NCBI GenBank assembly: GCA_973895155.1
Contig: OZ316891.1
Span: 6,667,708 to 6,731,707, forward strand
Source of the DNA: Marsupella aquatica
Lineage: Eukaryota > Plantae > Marchantiophyta
Length of the DNA: 64,000 nucleotides
Reading direction: 5' to 3'
Shown here: piece after piece, positions 33,029-46,511 of the stretch
Layout: every line of letters starts with the position of its first letter
Numbering within the stretch: the stretch's first letter is position 1
Position numbers and translations under genes: made by a program
Notes under the pieces: generated by a model
Database searches by the model: none
What the model was told of the DNA's origin: nothing
The model's input: only the letters and a program-made list of their open reading frames with translations

Positions 33029-36000
33029 CTGTACTGTATGACCCGGAGCTAGTTTAAAGGCTGAAATTGAGTTGAAGCTAGCTCCCACTAACCTACATAC
33101 AGGCCTGCACTTTCGAAAACTCTATGAACCGCTTTTTCGTGCAATTCAGTTTGATTTGTAGTGACAAAACTATATATTGAGACCACTCTATACAGACTAT
33201 GGAGAGCTTTACATAATGGGACTTGATGGAGGTCTAACTTTCCTACGTTGCAATTGCTCGATGGCTAGTTCAGGCTCTTCCAAATCTGACAAGTTGGGTC
33301 TAGCTGTTTAATAGATCATGGTCTAGATTCTAATAGGACTTGACAGTGAATGTCCAATTAGATTAGAATAAAGCCAGAAAAATGTTCTGTTACATGTCAC
33401 ACCGTTCCAATGCATTATCTCTACTGAGAAAAGCGTTGGACAAAAGCGTTGGATAGACCACAGAAATAGAACTTACTTTGACATTAAAGAAGGTTGAACC
33501 TTCAGGTAGTCCAGAAGGAACTAGAAAGGGAACTAGAGTATATTTTAAAGTTTCATGTGTTTCTTCTCAGTCAGTCTTTAGTTTCCTGGAGCTTTTTGGG
33601 CTTTTGGGCTCGCTAATCTTCTTGGGTGGCTTTGGGATCCTGTCTCCCGGTTTGGCGCTTTTCGTTTTTGGCAGATTGATATAAATATACTTGTGATTAT
33701 TGAATGGGTGAGCTATACATACTTGTCATTATTGAATGGCGACGTCCATGTTCTCGATCTTCATCTGTGGGCATTGTGTTTAAATACTTCGCGTAGCAAT
33801 CAACTGTTTGCCGCACCCTAGTAAAGTTGTGATTACTTCTTAAAAATGTTCACAAGTCCGGGGGATTTTATGTCATTAAGGGTTGATGGCCGAGACGTCC
33901 ACATTATATATTATAGTTGCCACTCTCGAATGACTTAACAACATTTGCATGGTTTCAGTCTACGTGCAATAGGTTGATCAAATGTCCCAAGTCCAAAGGT
34001 CTCCTTAATTCCGCAGGGCTGTTCAGTTCATTTTCCCAGCGGTGCCAGTAAAGAGTCCTTACTATTCGTGTCCCGCGCATCGATCGAAAGAGTTCAAGGG
34101 TCACAAAAATTTTCAGAGTTTGATTGATCACTTGATGAAATACTTAGCTCAGGATCCAGTCAGGAAATGACTCTTGTGTATTGAATACGAGCTTTTACCA
34201 TGACAGCTCGATGCCCGCACATCTTCACTCTCCCTGCCTGCATTGAGTACCTCCAATCTTCCTAACTGCCAGATTTCTAAATCCCGGACTATGTTGAGAC
34301 CTGCAGGAGTTTCTTTCAGTAGCGGAAGGGCCTTCCGTTTCCGATAATTTCTCAGCCCGAACTTATTCGAAATTGGTGCGTGATTCTGCGAATGTTTCAG
34401 ATCCGACAGGGTTCTTTGAGCACTGACATTAACTGTCCTTTATTCTTTGGTATAGAATGGCTATTCATTTAGACATTTAAATTTGTCAATCACTCTTCAA
34501 TGAATGGAAAAGAGTCTTAGTTTATTGAATGATGTCAAATTAGTGTAATTCAGTTGTTTAAAATCGATTATGCACCCCGTCTAGACACAAGTCAGACCAA
34601 AGTTCTAAGAGTTGGAATTTCAAGCCCTACAATATCACTTGAGAATGAACTCCCTTAGGTCCAGCTGGGCGTGGTCGATATTCTCGAAATTTTATCCACT
34701 TTTCACATTCATAATTTGGGAGATAGACGACAACAAACAGGAAATGCATCCTGATGATCCTGATGATAGAATGGCAATCAGAACATCATCTTGGTAATAC
34801 TTTTCGTCTTAAAACGTGAGGATAGTCCTAACGTGGCCGCTGTCGAGTCAGAGGCACGATGGAGGGCAAAACTATTAACCTCGTGAAATAATCAATTTCT
34901 ATCATACGTTTTTCATGATTCAAGGTACTAAAGTGGAATGACTATCAAACAAAGAGAATTTACATCGAATCAGCTCCAGTAAACGCACTAGAACGACATG
35001 ACCCTCACACAAACAGCTTATCCACTCAGTCATATCAGCTCGCGTCAAGGGACAAGAACAAAATTCGTATCTTACAAACAGCTTTCCCATCAAGTCGCAT
35101 CATCTCCGGCAAAGGCACTACAACGAAATGACTACTAAACAAACACAGCTTTCTATCGAGTCAAATGAGCGCCAATCAAGGCATCAAAGAAAAACGGCTA
35201 TGACGCAAACAGCTTTTCCATCGATTCGAAGAAGCTCCCGTATCCAGCCGTCGTCCTCTTGCAATTCTCCTCGCTCAAGTGTCCACCAGTCTACTTCATC
35301 GTCATGGTCGGTCATCGTTTCCACGAGCTCGGTCGGAGGATCCACCTCTAGATACTCCCCCACCCACGACTAGGAGGAGCCACCAGTAAGCACCATGACG
35401 GAGCTCCAACTGCCGCCTTCAGATGTGACTTGTGAAACAAAGGACGTGGGATTGATCTGACTGCTGTTTCAGAGCATAACATCCACTGTAGCTATATTGT
35501 AGTGGTTCTTTGGCATTCCTGGGGATTTTAATTGTGTCACTTCCGTCAGTGGGTCTCTTGCCTGTGGAATTGTGCTTTTTCAGAGCAAAACACCTACTGT
35601 AGATTGTAGTGGTTCTTTGGCATTCCTGGGGATTTTCCTTGTGGCCTTCCCTTTATTGGGTCTCGTGCTTTCTGGGATCGTGTCTTGGCATGGGAGCCTT
35701 TCTTGGCATGGGAGAGACATTTGTTTTTTGGCAGTGTGATGTTTATTTCTTAGTGATCCGTCCGAGATCTTGTATATTTCTTAGTGATATTTATGATTAC
35801 ATGAGTACATTTACCACCACCCCTATGGCCCCAATACCGTTTTAGTTGGCCCCCAGTTTTTTGCTGTCCCTTGATTTACTTTGTTTTCTGGCCCCATGTT
35901 TTCCGCAAATAGTTGGTTCTTCTAGAGGGCTTTGGAGCCATGTATGCCTGCCTATATGTGTCTCCTGGTTCAACTCAGTGTTTATAACAGTGAGAACAAC

Positions 36001-37451
36001 TGAAAGCATGCCAACATGTATCTTGACTTCTACTTTACGGTTTGGTCCGGATGGTTAGAAGCCTTATACCTCCTTCAAATTGAGGGACGATTTGGAGGAA
36101 TTGAAGCACTCATGTATAGGGCTGACTAAGGCTGGAAGCCTACAGATCCTGAGTATTGTGTCATCATGGCTCATGAGGTAATTGCAGCAACAGGACTGGA
36201 GGCGTCACACCAGAGTGGTCGCTAGTTGGAAAGTAAAGAAATGGGCTCACAGAGTGGTCGCACTCGGAAAGTAAAGAAGTGGAGCTTGCGCTTTGTATTT
36301 GTAGTAGTTTGTTATAATTGATTGGTCTTTCCAAACAAGCTGGTGGATTAAGAGGTTAGTTTTGACCTGGTTGGGTTTAGAGGTTAGTTTTGTCTCAATT
36401 GGGTTCCACTCTCGTAAATCAAGAGATTAGTTTAAAAAAAAATTGGTTTCTACTCGACTGTGTGTTTTCGCCTGGCCACGGGTTCCTCTGATTGCGGATT
36501 TCCTAACGCGACTGCGTACATGAGTCCTAATTTGCCAGCTATGCTCTGGACTACGATGCAAATTCATGTGATACGGAGTTTTGTGTACTCAAGTTCCATT
36601 ACATGCACAGGGTTCACAGGCCATGGGCATGGATAATAGAGGTAGAAGAGGGTAGAGCAAGACACTTGGCCGGGTCCAACGTCCTGGGTGCTCTTTACTC
36701 TATACCGTGACCATACAGTAACGTGAATCCGTTCTAAAACACAGTATTGAGTTTTTCACGATTAAAAACTTTAATTATTTTTAGGAGATTCTGTTTCGCT
36801 ATGAATTCACAAGTTGAAGTTGAAAAATAGCAAACAAGTAAATGGTAAAGGAAGGACTGTAAGGTACAATGCCGACGTACTATTTACAGAGCCCATACTA
36901 AATCGCTCAGGGAGGTCCTCATTCTGTCAAAATGAAGGGCTCATAATGCAAGGTAATCCAATTGCATCACTTGACTGTAAATTACAATGCGCATCACCTG
37001 GATGAAGTACAATGGGCATTACCCATTAGAGTCATTGCAGTTGACATTCATTTATGGCCCTGGGGTTATTCCCCACTAAAAAATATGAAAGTGGGCACAC
37101 AGACCATTTGTGATAGGTTTTGATCCTGTGATTAGCTCCCACTGCCCAATCCTCTTATTTTACAGATAAATTCCTCCTCGTCATGTAACCTTCAGGATTC
37201 CTATCTCCCATCACAAAATTGCCGATAAAACAGCTGACGGTAGGTTCACCCTAGTGCAAATCCAACGCAAACGGTCCGGGTGGCGACCTAAAGCAGAGAA
37301 GCAACATAGCTTTAGTTTCAATTCAGAAAAAGAGAAGATTATAAGGGGAGCCAATTTTAAGTACACGGCATAGTACATGATGGCTCAGATTCAAGATCAT
37401 TCCGAATAGTTCCTGAAAGAGCCATTTGCATGAGAGTACAAACCTGGAAAC

Positions 37452-39091
37452 CTAAGTAGTAGGTTTTGGTGTGACTTTGTCTTTATGCTGAATCATTCCC
37501 GTATCCACCAAATGTGGAACTTCAGCAGCTAACCACGGTGCCAACCCCAAGCAAAGAGCATGTGCGATCCCAAATCTGGGGCTGATTCATAGTAACAAAG
37601 TAGCAATGAATGTCACTGGGGAGAAAAATGCAACCATATGGCTCCGAGAAGAATCTGCAAAACATAGCTAATTACAATAGAAATCTAAACAGAAAGCAAT
37701 AACAAAAGAAATGCTAACAGGAAGTTAAACAAGTGAACCCCAAGCATTTTACCCACCAATTCTTCGCCCAAAGCGGTTTGAAGTGTATTGTAAGGCAGAT
37801 CTTTCCGCCTCTGTACATCTGCAATAGTTGAAACACTGTTCGCCTTAATACAGAACTCTCTAGACAAAACTGCCTCAAACCGGCAATATACAAACAAAGG
37901 AATCTACAACATCAACTTAAACGAGCACGTTTTAGCAGAAGGCATAAGGAGAAAGCAACAATACGAAGCCTCGTGATCAAAATCTGAACCCAAGGTGGAT
38001 TGCATTCCGATCCTCTAATGAGCTAGTATTGTTAAGAGGAATCCGCCATACAGCAGGTACTGATTATTAGAGTCTAGCGAATGCGACAAAGGTAGAGTGA
38101 CCAACTACCTTGGCAGTCTTGCCATCTAGCTCTGGTAGCTCAATCTCAGGTGCTGTGGCAGGGTAAGTGACAGGGATGTCAAACTGCAGGTCGAATTCGT
38201 ACTTCAGAAGATTGTGGACATACCAGCACTTTCCTTTCCACTTGGTGCCATCTGCGCCACCAGAAATTCTGAACCAGTCGTTGTCATTGGCCTTGTTCAT
38301 CTCCATGTATTTGATGAGTGCCTAGAGACCAGAAAGTGTATTAATTTAGAACCATTGACCGACAACCAGCATCCCTCTTCCGTTGTGAGAAACTTCGCTT
38401 TTCTAATATTGAATTAATCCTACTGGCCACTGTTGGTTCTCTCTCCAGCTCAGATGCTCATAAAGTATACAAGAACAATCATCTCTAAAGCAAATCAACA
38501 AGGACAGTCTATCTCGAAGGAATAGATGACTGCCGAGTTGCAAGAGCGGCAAAAACAATCTTTAGAACCTCACCCGTTGACTAAATCGTTAAGCACAGGC
38601 AGAACAGAAAATAAGAGAATACAAAAAAGAAAGAACTTCGAACGTCTTTTGGAACGAACCTGTCATGGTCCTGACTTGATTTTGCCCTAAACGTGAAATC
38701 TCTGAACGAATTGTAAATCTAAACGGAGCCCAAAAGGTCAGCAAATCTACAGAGTAATCTATGGATCCGAACACGTTTCTGACATTGTGCAATGAAGCCC
38801 TAAACCTGAATTCTCTCGTTCAAACAGGGGTTTGCCGGCCAAACAAACCTACAAAGAAGTTTTCAGGCCTCCAACTTGTACATATTACGCGATAGTTCAG
38901 TCCACAAGCAGAAATTGCTGTGATGAATTTGGGATCAGGAAAGATTACGTTTGAGGAGAGGGGAAGAGCAGGACCTGATACTCTTCCTTCAAGCGCTTGG
39001 TCCACTCGGCCCCATCTCGCGGTCCAGCCCGAGTGATGAGCATCGGAATTTTCGTGACGACGCTCTTGGTGCCCGCATCCCATCCATCCAT
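37452..39091 (-). CDS. UFC1: Ufm1-conjugating enzyme 1; exons 39091-38975, 38321-38109, 37818-37757, 37581-37452
   Basis: MDGWD...[36 protein letters not shown] (catalytic Cys), [12 protein letters not shown], with GT-AG introns. Confidence 0.96.
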
Positions 39092-39439
39092 CTCGGAAGA
39101 AGAAAAACCGGCCGAATCAAGCCCACCTCTCCAATTCTTCTCTCTCCCTTCGGATCCTCTTTCTCGCTGAATTTTTTTCCCAATCTCTCACTCGTCTTGA
39201 AGAGCCCTGACTTCCTTCTCGATTCTCAAGTCGTCTTGCAATTCCCACTTCTTCCCCACTTCCAATTTCCACACAGAGGAAACTTCTGCCTAGCAATTAC
39301 TTGTGCTTCAATTCAATTGAGCTTCTGATGAGCTTCTGATGACTGATGAGCTCTGACTTCTTCTTTATGCTCTTGCTATTTTCAAAGTGAAACTAAAGCC
39401 AGGATGGACCTCCACTTTGTTTGTCTATGGAGCCCAGAT

Positions 39440-39599
39440 GGAGTGGCAAAGCTTGGAGGGACTTGCTCATAACAATTAAATTGACTCAGATAACACTGTT
39501 CACACTTTTGAATGAAATGGGAGTGGCAAAGCTTGGAGGGACTTGCTCATAACAATTAAATTGACTTGGATAACACTGTTTACACTTTTGAGTGAAATG
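39440..39599. repeat. 80-bp tandem duplication upstream of UFC1
   Basis: ggagtggcaaagcttggagggacttgctcataacaattaaattgact occurs twice. Confidence 0.85.
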
Positions 39600-41463
39600 T
39601 GACCTATAAACGGTCTCCTCAATTACAGTTGGTTTCAATTACTCTAAAAAACCAGTTTCAATTACATTGCAGAACTGGCCTTGACTACTTGACGATCTTG
39701 AACCTGAAACATGTCAAAGAGTCATGCCGTTACTCAGGAACACCATGACGTCTTGACTATTTCCCCCCCAAGGTAGTCAAAGTCATCAACTGTGATCCGC
39801 GACAGGCTCTTTTTTCTTTTTTGTGTAAAAGTGATGATCCTGTTGGAGTGCATGGGGATGGGCAGGGACAATGTCTCGGTCCATCCGGGGTTTTGTTTCT
39901 TTTCAAAGTAGAGGCTAAGAAAGAAAGAAAGAAAGAAAGAATTAATTAATTAATGAAATATTTAATGATATACATATCAAATGGAAACTGAAGCCCAGAT
40001 GGATCACATGGAGAACACAGTGCTCGGGTGGACCACATTTTGGTTGTCCATGGAAATTTGGGGCCCATAACTTCTTGATCATGAGTACTAAATAAATCAA
40101 TGAGGCCTGGCTAGGTGCTTACTCCTGGTATGAGGCAGTGTAGGCAGCTGGCTCCATGTTCCCCCAACCCCTCTCTTTCCTGGTTGTGCTGAAAATGTCT
40201 TTGCCCCTTTCCTTTGGAAGAATTTGGGTCTTCACCTTAATTTTGCCATTTCTTAGGATCATGTGTAAACCAGCCTTATTCCCTAGAGAAGGACTCAAGC
40301 ATACCGTGTGCAGGTTTTTTTTAAGGTTACTTCTGGAAGTGTTTGGGTTCTTCACCTCATTTTTGGCCATTTCTTAGCATCATGAAAGCAACCTTATCCC
40401 CCTAGAAGAACTCAAGCATACACTAATGCAGAGTTTTTTAAACTTGAGTCCCCTAATCGCATATCTCTGTTTCAGTCTCCCAATCCCCCTTTTTTTTTAG
40501 TTATTATAGGAATTTCAATTCCAGCCTATGATAGCTGTCTTCTTTGTTTTTCTTTCCACTTTCAAATTGATTGAACCCTCCCATATATCCTTTTGATAAT
40601 TTCTTTTAATGCCTCTCCCCAATTCCCTGCCCTAAATTGTAGGAAAAGAGAAATACTCAGGTCACTGCTTGAACCCTAATCTCACAGCTCCAACTGGATT
40701 CCACTACCATTATGTAATTAAGTGTTGCTGTGTGAGTATGGTTCCTAAGAACATATGTAAATTATTAATCTTTATGACTTTTCCATTGCCTGCAACCCCT
40801 GGCCCTTACCCCATTACCTTGGCACAGAGTTGGACACTGCTTGTGCCTCAATTCTCCACGCTGTTAAGTATTTAAAATTATATACTCTGAATTCAAACTC
40901 ATTTTTATTACTTTATTCAGTATGATTATTGCAATGAATTAGAAACAGATATTATAACCTATTTTTCTGCATAGGCTAAAATTTGTTTAGCATAAAAAAG
41001 ATGTCCTGCACCTGTAATGGAGGGAAAACTCTGTTGGCTTTAGGGCCTCTAGACAAATAAGTATTCTAGACGCACCTGTGCATTTCCCTCTTAGGGCTTT
41101 ACCTAGGCTAGGCTTTTAATTTTTCTTTTGAGTAGTGCCTTCGTTCTGTTGCAGGTGTTTGTGTGTCCGTTTGGCTTAGGCCTGTTGGTTTTGCTGGTTT
41201 TTCCTTTGTTTTCCCCCTTTATTGTGTTCACCAGGCATTTCAGTAATAGTTTACTGATAGGTAGGGTGTAGGATTTAGGTTCTTTGGCTTTTCTTACCTG
41301 GGGGCTTATGCCCTGGTCCTTTTGGCTTTTTGTTTTTTCTCCCTTGATTGGGTTTCTTGAATGAGTGATTTTGTCTTCCCTTTGGGCGCCTTTTGTTTTT
41401 TTTGGATATTTGGTGTCCTGTTTGGGATCTTGTCTCCCAGATTGGCAGAGTGATATACACAAT

Positions 41464-42395
41464 GAAGTGGTGCAGAACCTGGTTCTTTGGAGGTGTTGTC
41501 AAGGGAGCCTCCGGCAGCAGCAAGGGGGCGATCTGCTGTTGTTTTTGCACAGTTCTAAAGAGAACGAGCAGCTGGGAGTCGCTCTGTCAGCTGCGAGCAA
41601 GAATATGGGGGAGGTAGTGGAGCAAATGGACCCAGTTCAGCAGCAGCTGATGTTCGACGATGAGTGAGAATTCGCCCTTTTTTTTTCTTCTTTTTTTTTA
41701 TCTCGGGTTTTGGTTTGGAACTCTCAGTCTTTGACACTGCAGTGGGAGAGGAAAAGAGAGGGAGGAAGGGAGGAACGCAAGGAAAAATGTAATGCGTCTG
41801 TAAGCCGATGAAATTGAATGGCAGCTCAACAGAAATGGAGTTCTTACATCAGATTTCTGGGCTCTATCTCAGACAAACAGTTGCATAATCTGGACTGAGA
41901 ATCCTGATCAGTGTGAGCTGAGATTTTAACTTTCGATGGGGGCAGGCGGGTTTGCTAGAGGTGTAAAGGGAGAGATTCAGAGAAGGAGAGGGAGTAATGG
42001 ATGAATGAATCTAACTGGATCATGAGACCAAGTCTGTACAAGAGCTCCCAAATCTATCAAATCAGGACATATCAAGTGGTCAAATAAAGTCTAGGCAGTC
42101 GTTCGAGTTCCATAATTTGCGCTGTGTGTTTAGTGTCATGACTCGCTGATTTCTGATCAGAATGGGAAAAGAAATGACAATATTGTTGATTGTTGTCGTC
42201 CTTTGAAGAGAGTTGAACTCAAATCTATTTAAATGGTGGGTGGGTGCAGGTGCATTCTCGTGGACGAGAAGGACAATATTGCAGGCCACGACTCAGAGTA
42301 TAATTGTGAGAATCTGTGTATTTGCCCGTTTTCGAGGGTTTTAGGTTCTTTTGCTAAGCAACAAGGTATTTAGAGAGTCGCCGCCTCTCAAAATT
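41464..42395 (+). pseudogene. Partial duplicate of IDI (end of exon 1, intron 1, exon 2)
   Basis: VEQMDPVQQQLMFDDE|gt (to 41663) and ag|CILVDEKDNIAGHDSEYN|gt (42250-42305) match IDI at 52714-53526. The intron also aligns. Confidence 0.88.
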
Positions 42396-42524
42396 TTCTC
42401 CCGCCAACTGGTTGAGTGGGACGGCAAGGAGACAACTGGGTCGGATTGAATTGATATAATTGAATGCGAAGTCTAAAAATTCCAATTCCAATTTTGGCGT
42501 TAGGGTGACTGTGCTTGATCTATC

Positions 42525-45295
42525 ATGGCTGCGTTGAGAGGGTTTTGGAAGGAGGTCAGAACGGGGTTCTGGCTTGGTGGGAGGAGAACTGGGAAGTTGG
42601 TGCAACAGAGGAGAGATTATGCAGCAGACAACCTCTTGGAAGGAGCCGAGGTGATTAATTGGTATCCAGGACACATGGCATCAGCTACAAGGAACATTCG
42701 TGAGCAGATACGGGGGGTCGATCTTGTGTTGGAGATTCGTGATGCAAGGGTACGCATTCCTCCCATCTCGTCGATTTGTGGCATACCTCACTCATATTGC
42801 ACTGGCATCTAACTCGGATACCATGCTGGTGATCTGAATATTTAGTTTCTACACATCCGAGGTATGATGTTTTTTCGCGGATTGGACGATGTTGACTCAA
42901 GCGCCATTTGGAAGTGCTTTGGTGGATACGTGCATGTTTTAAATGCTTTTGCAATGCTAGGGAGGGCTACATTTACGACGAAAGGCAATTTTGTGGGTTG
43001 ACTGTGGAACATTTGCTCGACGATTCATGAAGACATTACCAGTCTCACAGGACAGGGCAATTAGAATTACTAGTATGGGTCAGATAGTTCGGGTTAATTT
43101 AGTTTTCATACTTTGTGTTTTCGTTCCTGTCTTCTCTGTCACAGATACCACTGTCATCTGCAAACCAGGAGCTACAAGAGGTTCTAAGTCGGAAAAAACG
43201 TCTCATTGTTTTAAACAAAATGGACCTTGCCAACCCCAACATGATGCTCGTAAGAATGATTTCTTTCCTTGAGAATTCTCTTTTGATGGCTTTTACGAGG
43301 ACGGCTTCAAATGTCCTGGGGTTTGGACAATGAATTGCCCTGGATCAAACATATATTACTCCTTTTCCTCATCATTTCTGCTCTGATATCCGTTTCATCG
43401 CTTCTTTTGGGTCCTGTCCCGAAATAATTATTCATCTGTACCTTCACTTTATCAATGCAAATGCTAAAGGAAACATCTAGACATGCAAATGCTAAAGGAA
43501 ACATCTGAACTTTCAGAAGTGGCGAGACTATTTCAAGTCTTGTGGACAAAACCACGTTTTTGTGAATGCTCACCATTCGAAAACTGTGAAACTGGTAAGG
43601 TCCTATCATAATACTGTGTCCAAGGAGCGACAAATTTATGAGTATGACGGAATTTGAAATGAAGTTACTCGGCGTTATCTTTCCTTGGCTAGTCATGACG
43701 GTCGGAAAAAAAGATTCTAGTGTAAGAAAAATTCAAAGTTCTAATAGATCATTTTTGTGTTTCCATTCCGAAGTCCCTGTTGATGGCACGCTTTAATTGA
43801 AGCTATTCCATACTCGTTTTGGCAGATGCTTGATGTTGCAAGAGGACAGCTTCGGACTGCTTTAGCTAAGGAACGAACTCTGCTCGTGATGGTGGTGGGC
43901 ATTCCTAATGTGGGCAAGTCTTGCCTTATTAACACCATGTCAGCCGTCACGAGGGAGAACTTCTCAGGTTTCTCTTTACCTTTTTCTTCTATTTGGTAAA
44001 TATTAGTTTGTTTCCCCTTTTCTGCCGCCGGGAGACAATATATACTATCTTTTATGTTATGATCGCTGTGTTTTAATATTCACGGGTTGAAGTTTCCGTA
44101 GCTGAAGATTTTCTTACTTTATAGTGCAGGGGCAGCCCAAGAAAGCGAAAGTAGGCCCTCTACCAGGTGTAACTCAACATGTGGCCGGATTTAAGGTATA
44201 TTTTCCAATGCATAGAAAAGGCTAATTACCGGATACGTTTCAACTATGGGACGGAGGATGATTCACAATGCATCTCTGTATGCATAGACTCTGTTCATAA
44301 TGATGCTCTGCTGTTTGCTCATCTTACATGAAAAAATGTCCAAGTGCATCTCTCTATCTTATGCTTACAGCCCAAAGAAAGCCAAAGGAGACCCTCTACC
44401 AGGCCCTCCCTTGCAGGCTGTAGCTTTGTCCTAACCGTATGAGGTAGCATGGATGGAACGCCGATCGGCTTTTACTTAAGATCGTTATCACAATGACTCT
44501 TCCCGCACAGTCTCACAGTTCCCCTTCTCTGTCTGAGCTAACTGCCTTTTGCAGATCGGAGAAAAACCTAGTGCGTATGTGTTAGATACCCCTGGAGTGT
44601 TGGTCCCGAACATTCAAGATATAGAGACTGGGATGAAACTTTCTCTCACAGGTAAGCTTCGCATAAATTACGTTTCCAAGTAGGATTCTACAACGTCAGA
44701 GTAGATGTCATTCAGCGGGGTGCAGTGTTCTCTAACACATGGAGAATGTGTGAAAATCGTGAGAGGACTAACCCCAATGTTTAAATTTGATGTCCAGGGG
44801 CTGTGAAAGACACAATTGTTGGCCAAGAGCGTCTTGCACGCTATTTGTTGTCCGTTCTTAATGCTCGCTCAGCACATTTGCGTTGGAATAAGGCATTTGC
44901 CACGGAAACTGAGGTCAGCAACTGTTGGTTTTCGCCATAGCATTCACTTGTTTGAGCAGCTGAAAGCAATTGAGTGCTAACTTCGGTATGATGTCCACCT
45001 GTTTCTCTTGCAGGGGAAGGACTCAGAATCCTTGTTGGCAGTTCGAGAGGTATTGGCTTCTGCCTGTCTCAAATTTGATGGAAACATGGAAGACAAACAG
45101 GACATGGAAAGCTTAGTAGATTCACAGATGCATATTTTACGAAAGGTCTTTCATGTACCGACAGAATTGGGTGAAGCTGGGATGGAACGCGTATCCCAGC
45201 ATATCCTCGAGTTATACAGAAAGGGTAAGCTTGGTAAATACACGTTAGATCTTGTACCTGGTGTCAAGTCCAAAGCAATACATCCCGTTCTTTAA
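42525..45295 (+). CDS. Circularly permuted RbgA/YlqF/MTG1-family GTPase (DAR GTPase 2-like, probably mitochondrial), ~8 exons
   Basis: INWYPGHM, DLVLEIRDARIPLSS, G4 NKMD, G1 GIPNVGKS, GPLPGVT, G3 DTPG, YRKGKLGKYTLD. Confidence 0.92.
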
Positions 45296-46511
45296 TGAAT
45301 ATTATATTGCTCGTCTTTGTGCCTCAATAGTGGGAGACGACATCTTTATTGGTGGTTTATCTGGCCTCTCTCACTGTGGATACTTATGCATAGGCTTACA
45401 GAAAGGTGCTTTGGTGATCTCTTGTACACAGTCTATGTAAAGGCATTCGTTTCCATTAGTTGTTGTCTTGCTCCAAATTTTCTTGAAGCTGATTGTGGTA
45501 TTCACCACCTCCTTCTTGTAGGGCTCTTGCCAATACTCATGATAGAATAGCTCTAGGAACAGACCCTATGCAGGACCAATGGGATCTGGGGAATGAACAA
45601 TAGTTATCGGTTTTGGTGTCAGCCTCTGCAGGAATTAGGAGAATACTAATAACAGTTCCAAAAGCAGGCCCACTCAAGTGACCCAAACCAAAGACTGAAC
45701 CCACTGAAAAATCTAGACACGAAATTTCAAGGCCAAGGACCCTATAAAAGACAAACCACAACAACAAGAGGAAAATGATCTCCACCATCCAGTGACAAAG
45801 GCAGCAAGAAGATGTTAAAAAAAGCACAGGGCCAATAAACTCCTTCGAACATGGTGGACATTGTTGGAACTCTCGCAGTTCCACTTGCATCCGCGTCAGA
45901 GAGGTTGTTACTGTGGTCCGTTACCACTTGCTTCTTCTGACCACTTGTGCGAGTTACTGGCTTTCCGCTCTGCTGCTCTGTGTCTGATCTCCTTGTGTGC
46001 GCCTCATTGTGCTCTCTGCTCCGCTCTGTGCTTCACCTATTTAGTGCGCTAGTTCCTCCCTCGCCATAGAGCAGATGATCATAGTCTAGCTTTCAATGTG
46101 GTATCAGAGCACAGGGCTCTGCGCACTCTCTAGACGAGAAGATAGTGTATGCTACAGGCTAGTAATCCAGGTCAAAAGTTCCCTGGCTTCTTACTCTTGC
46201 ATTAGAATAGTCACAGTATAGTCCCGAGTGAGAGTTCCTCGTGGTTAATACTGTAGCAACATTCTTTATCATCCAATCATGGATATGATGAAAATGTTTA
46301 CTGAGGTAGACAAGCTGGACGGGACCAGCAATCATTTGGCCTGGACCATATTTGTGAAGAATCTCTTGAATACGTGACTCCCCCTGAGGATCCACCTCAC
46401 CATGATGATGCCACGGGAGTTGACCCTCATTTGGCCCCTTCACATGTTCCCGCTCCCGTTTGACATTCCCTACGAGCATGACATCCTCCATCCTGGCAAC
46501 AGGACTGTGAT

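Noticed and set aside
34190-34430. LRR-like minus-strand peptide (LPLLKETPAGLNIVRDLEIWQLGRLEVL)
   Set aside because: Too short and degenerate to call.
35461-35660. Short direct duplication (also 28520-28660)
   Set aside because: Ordinary local duplications with no further structure.
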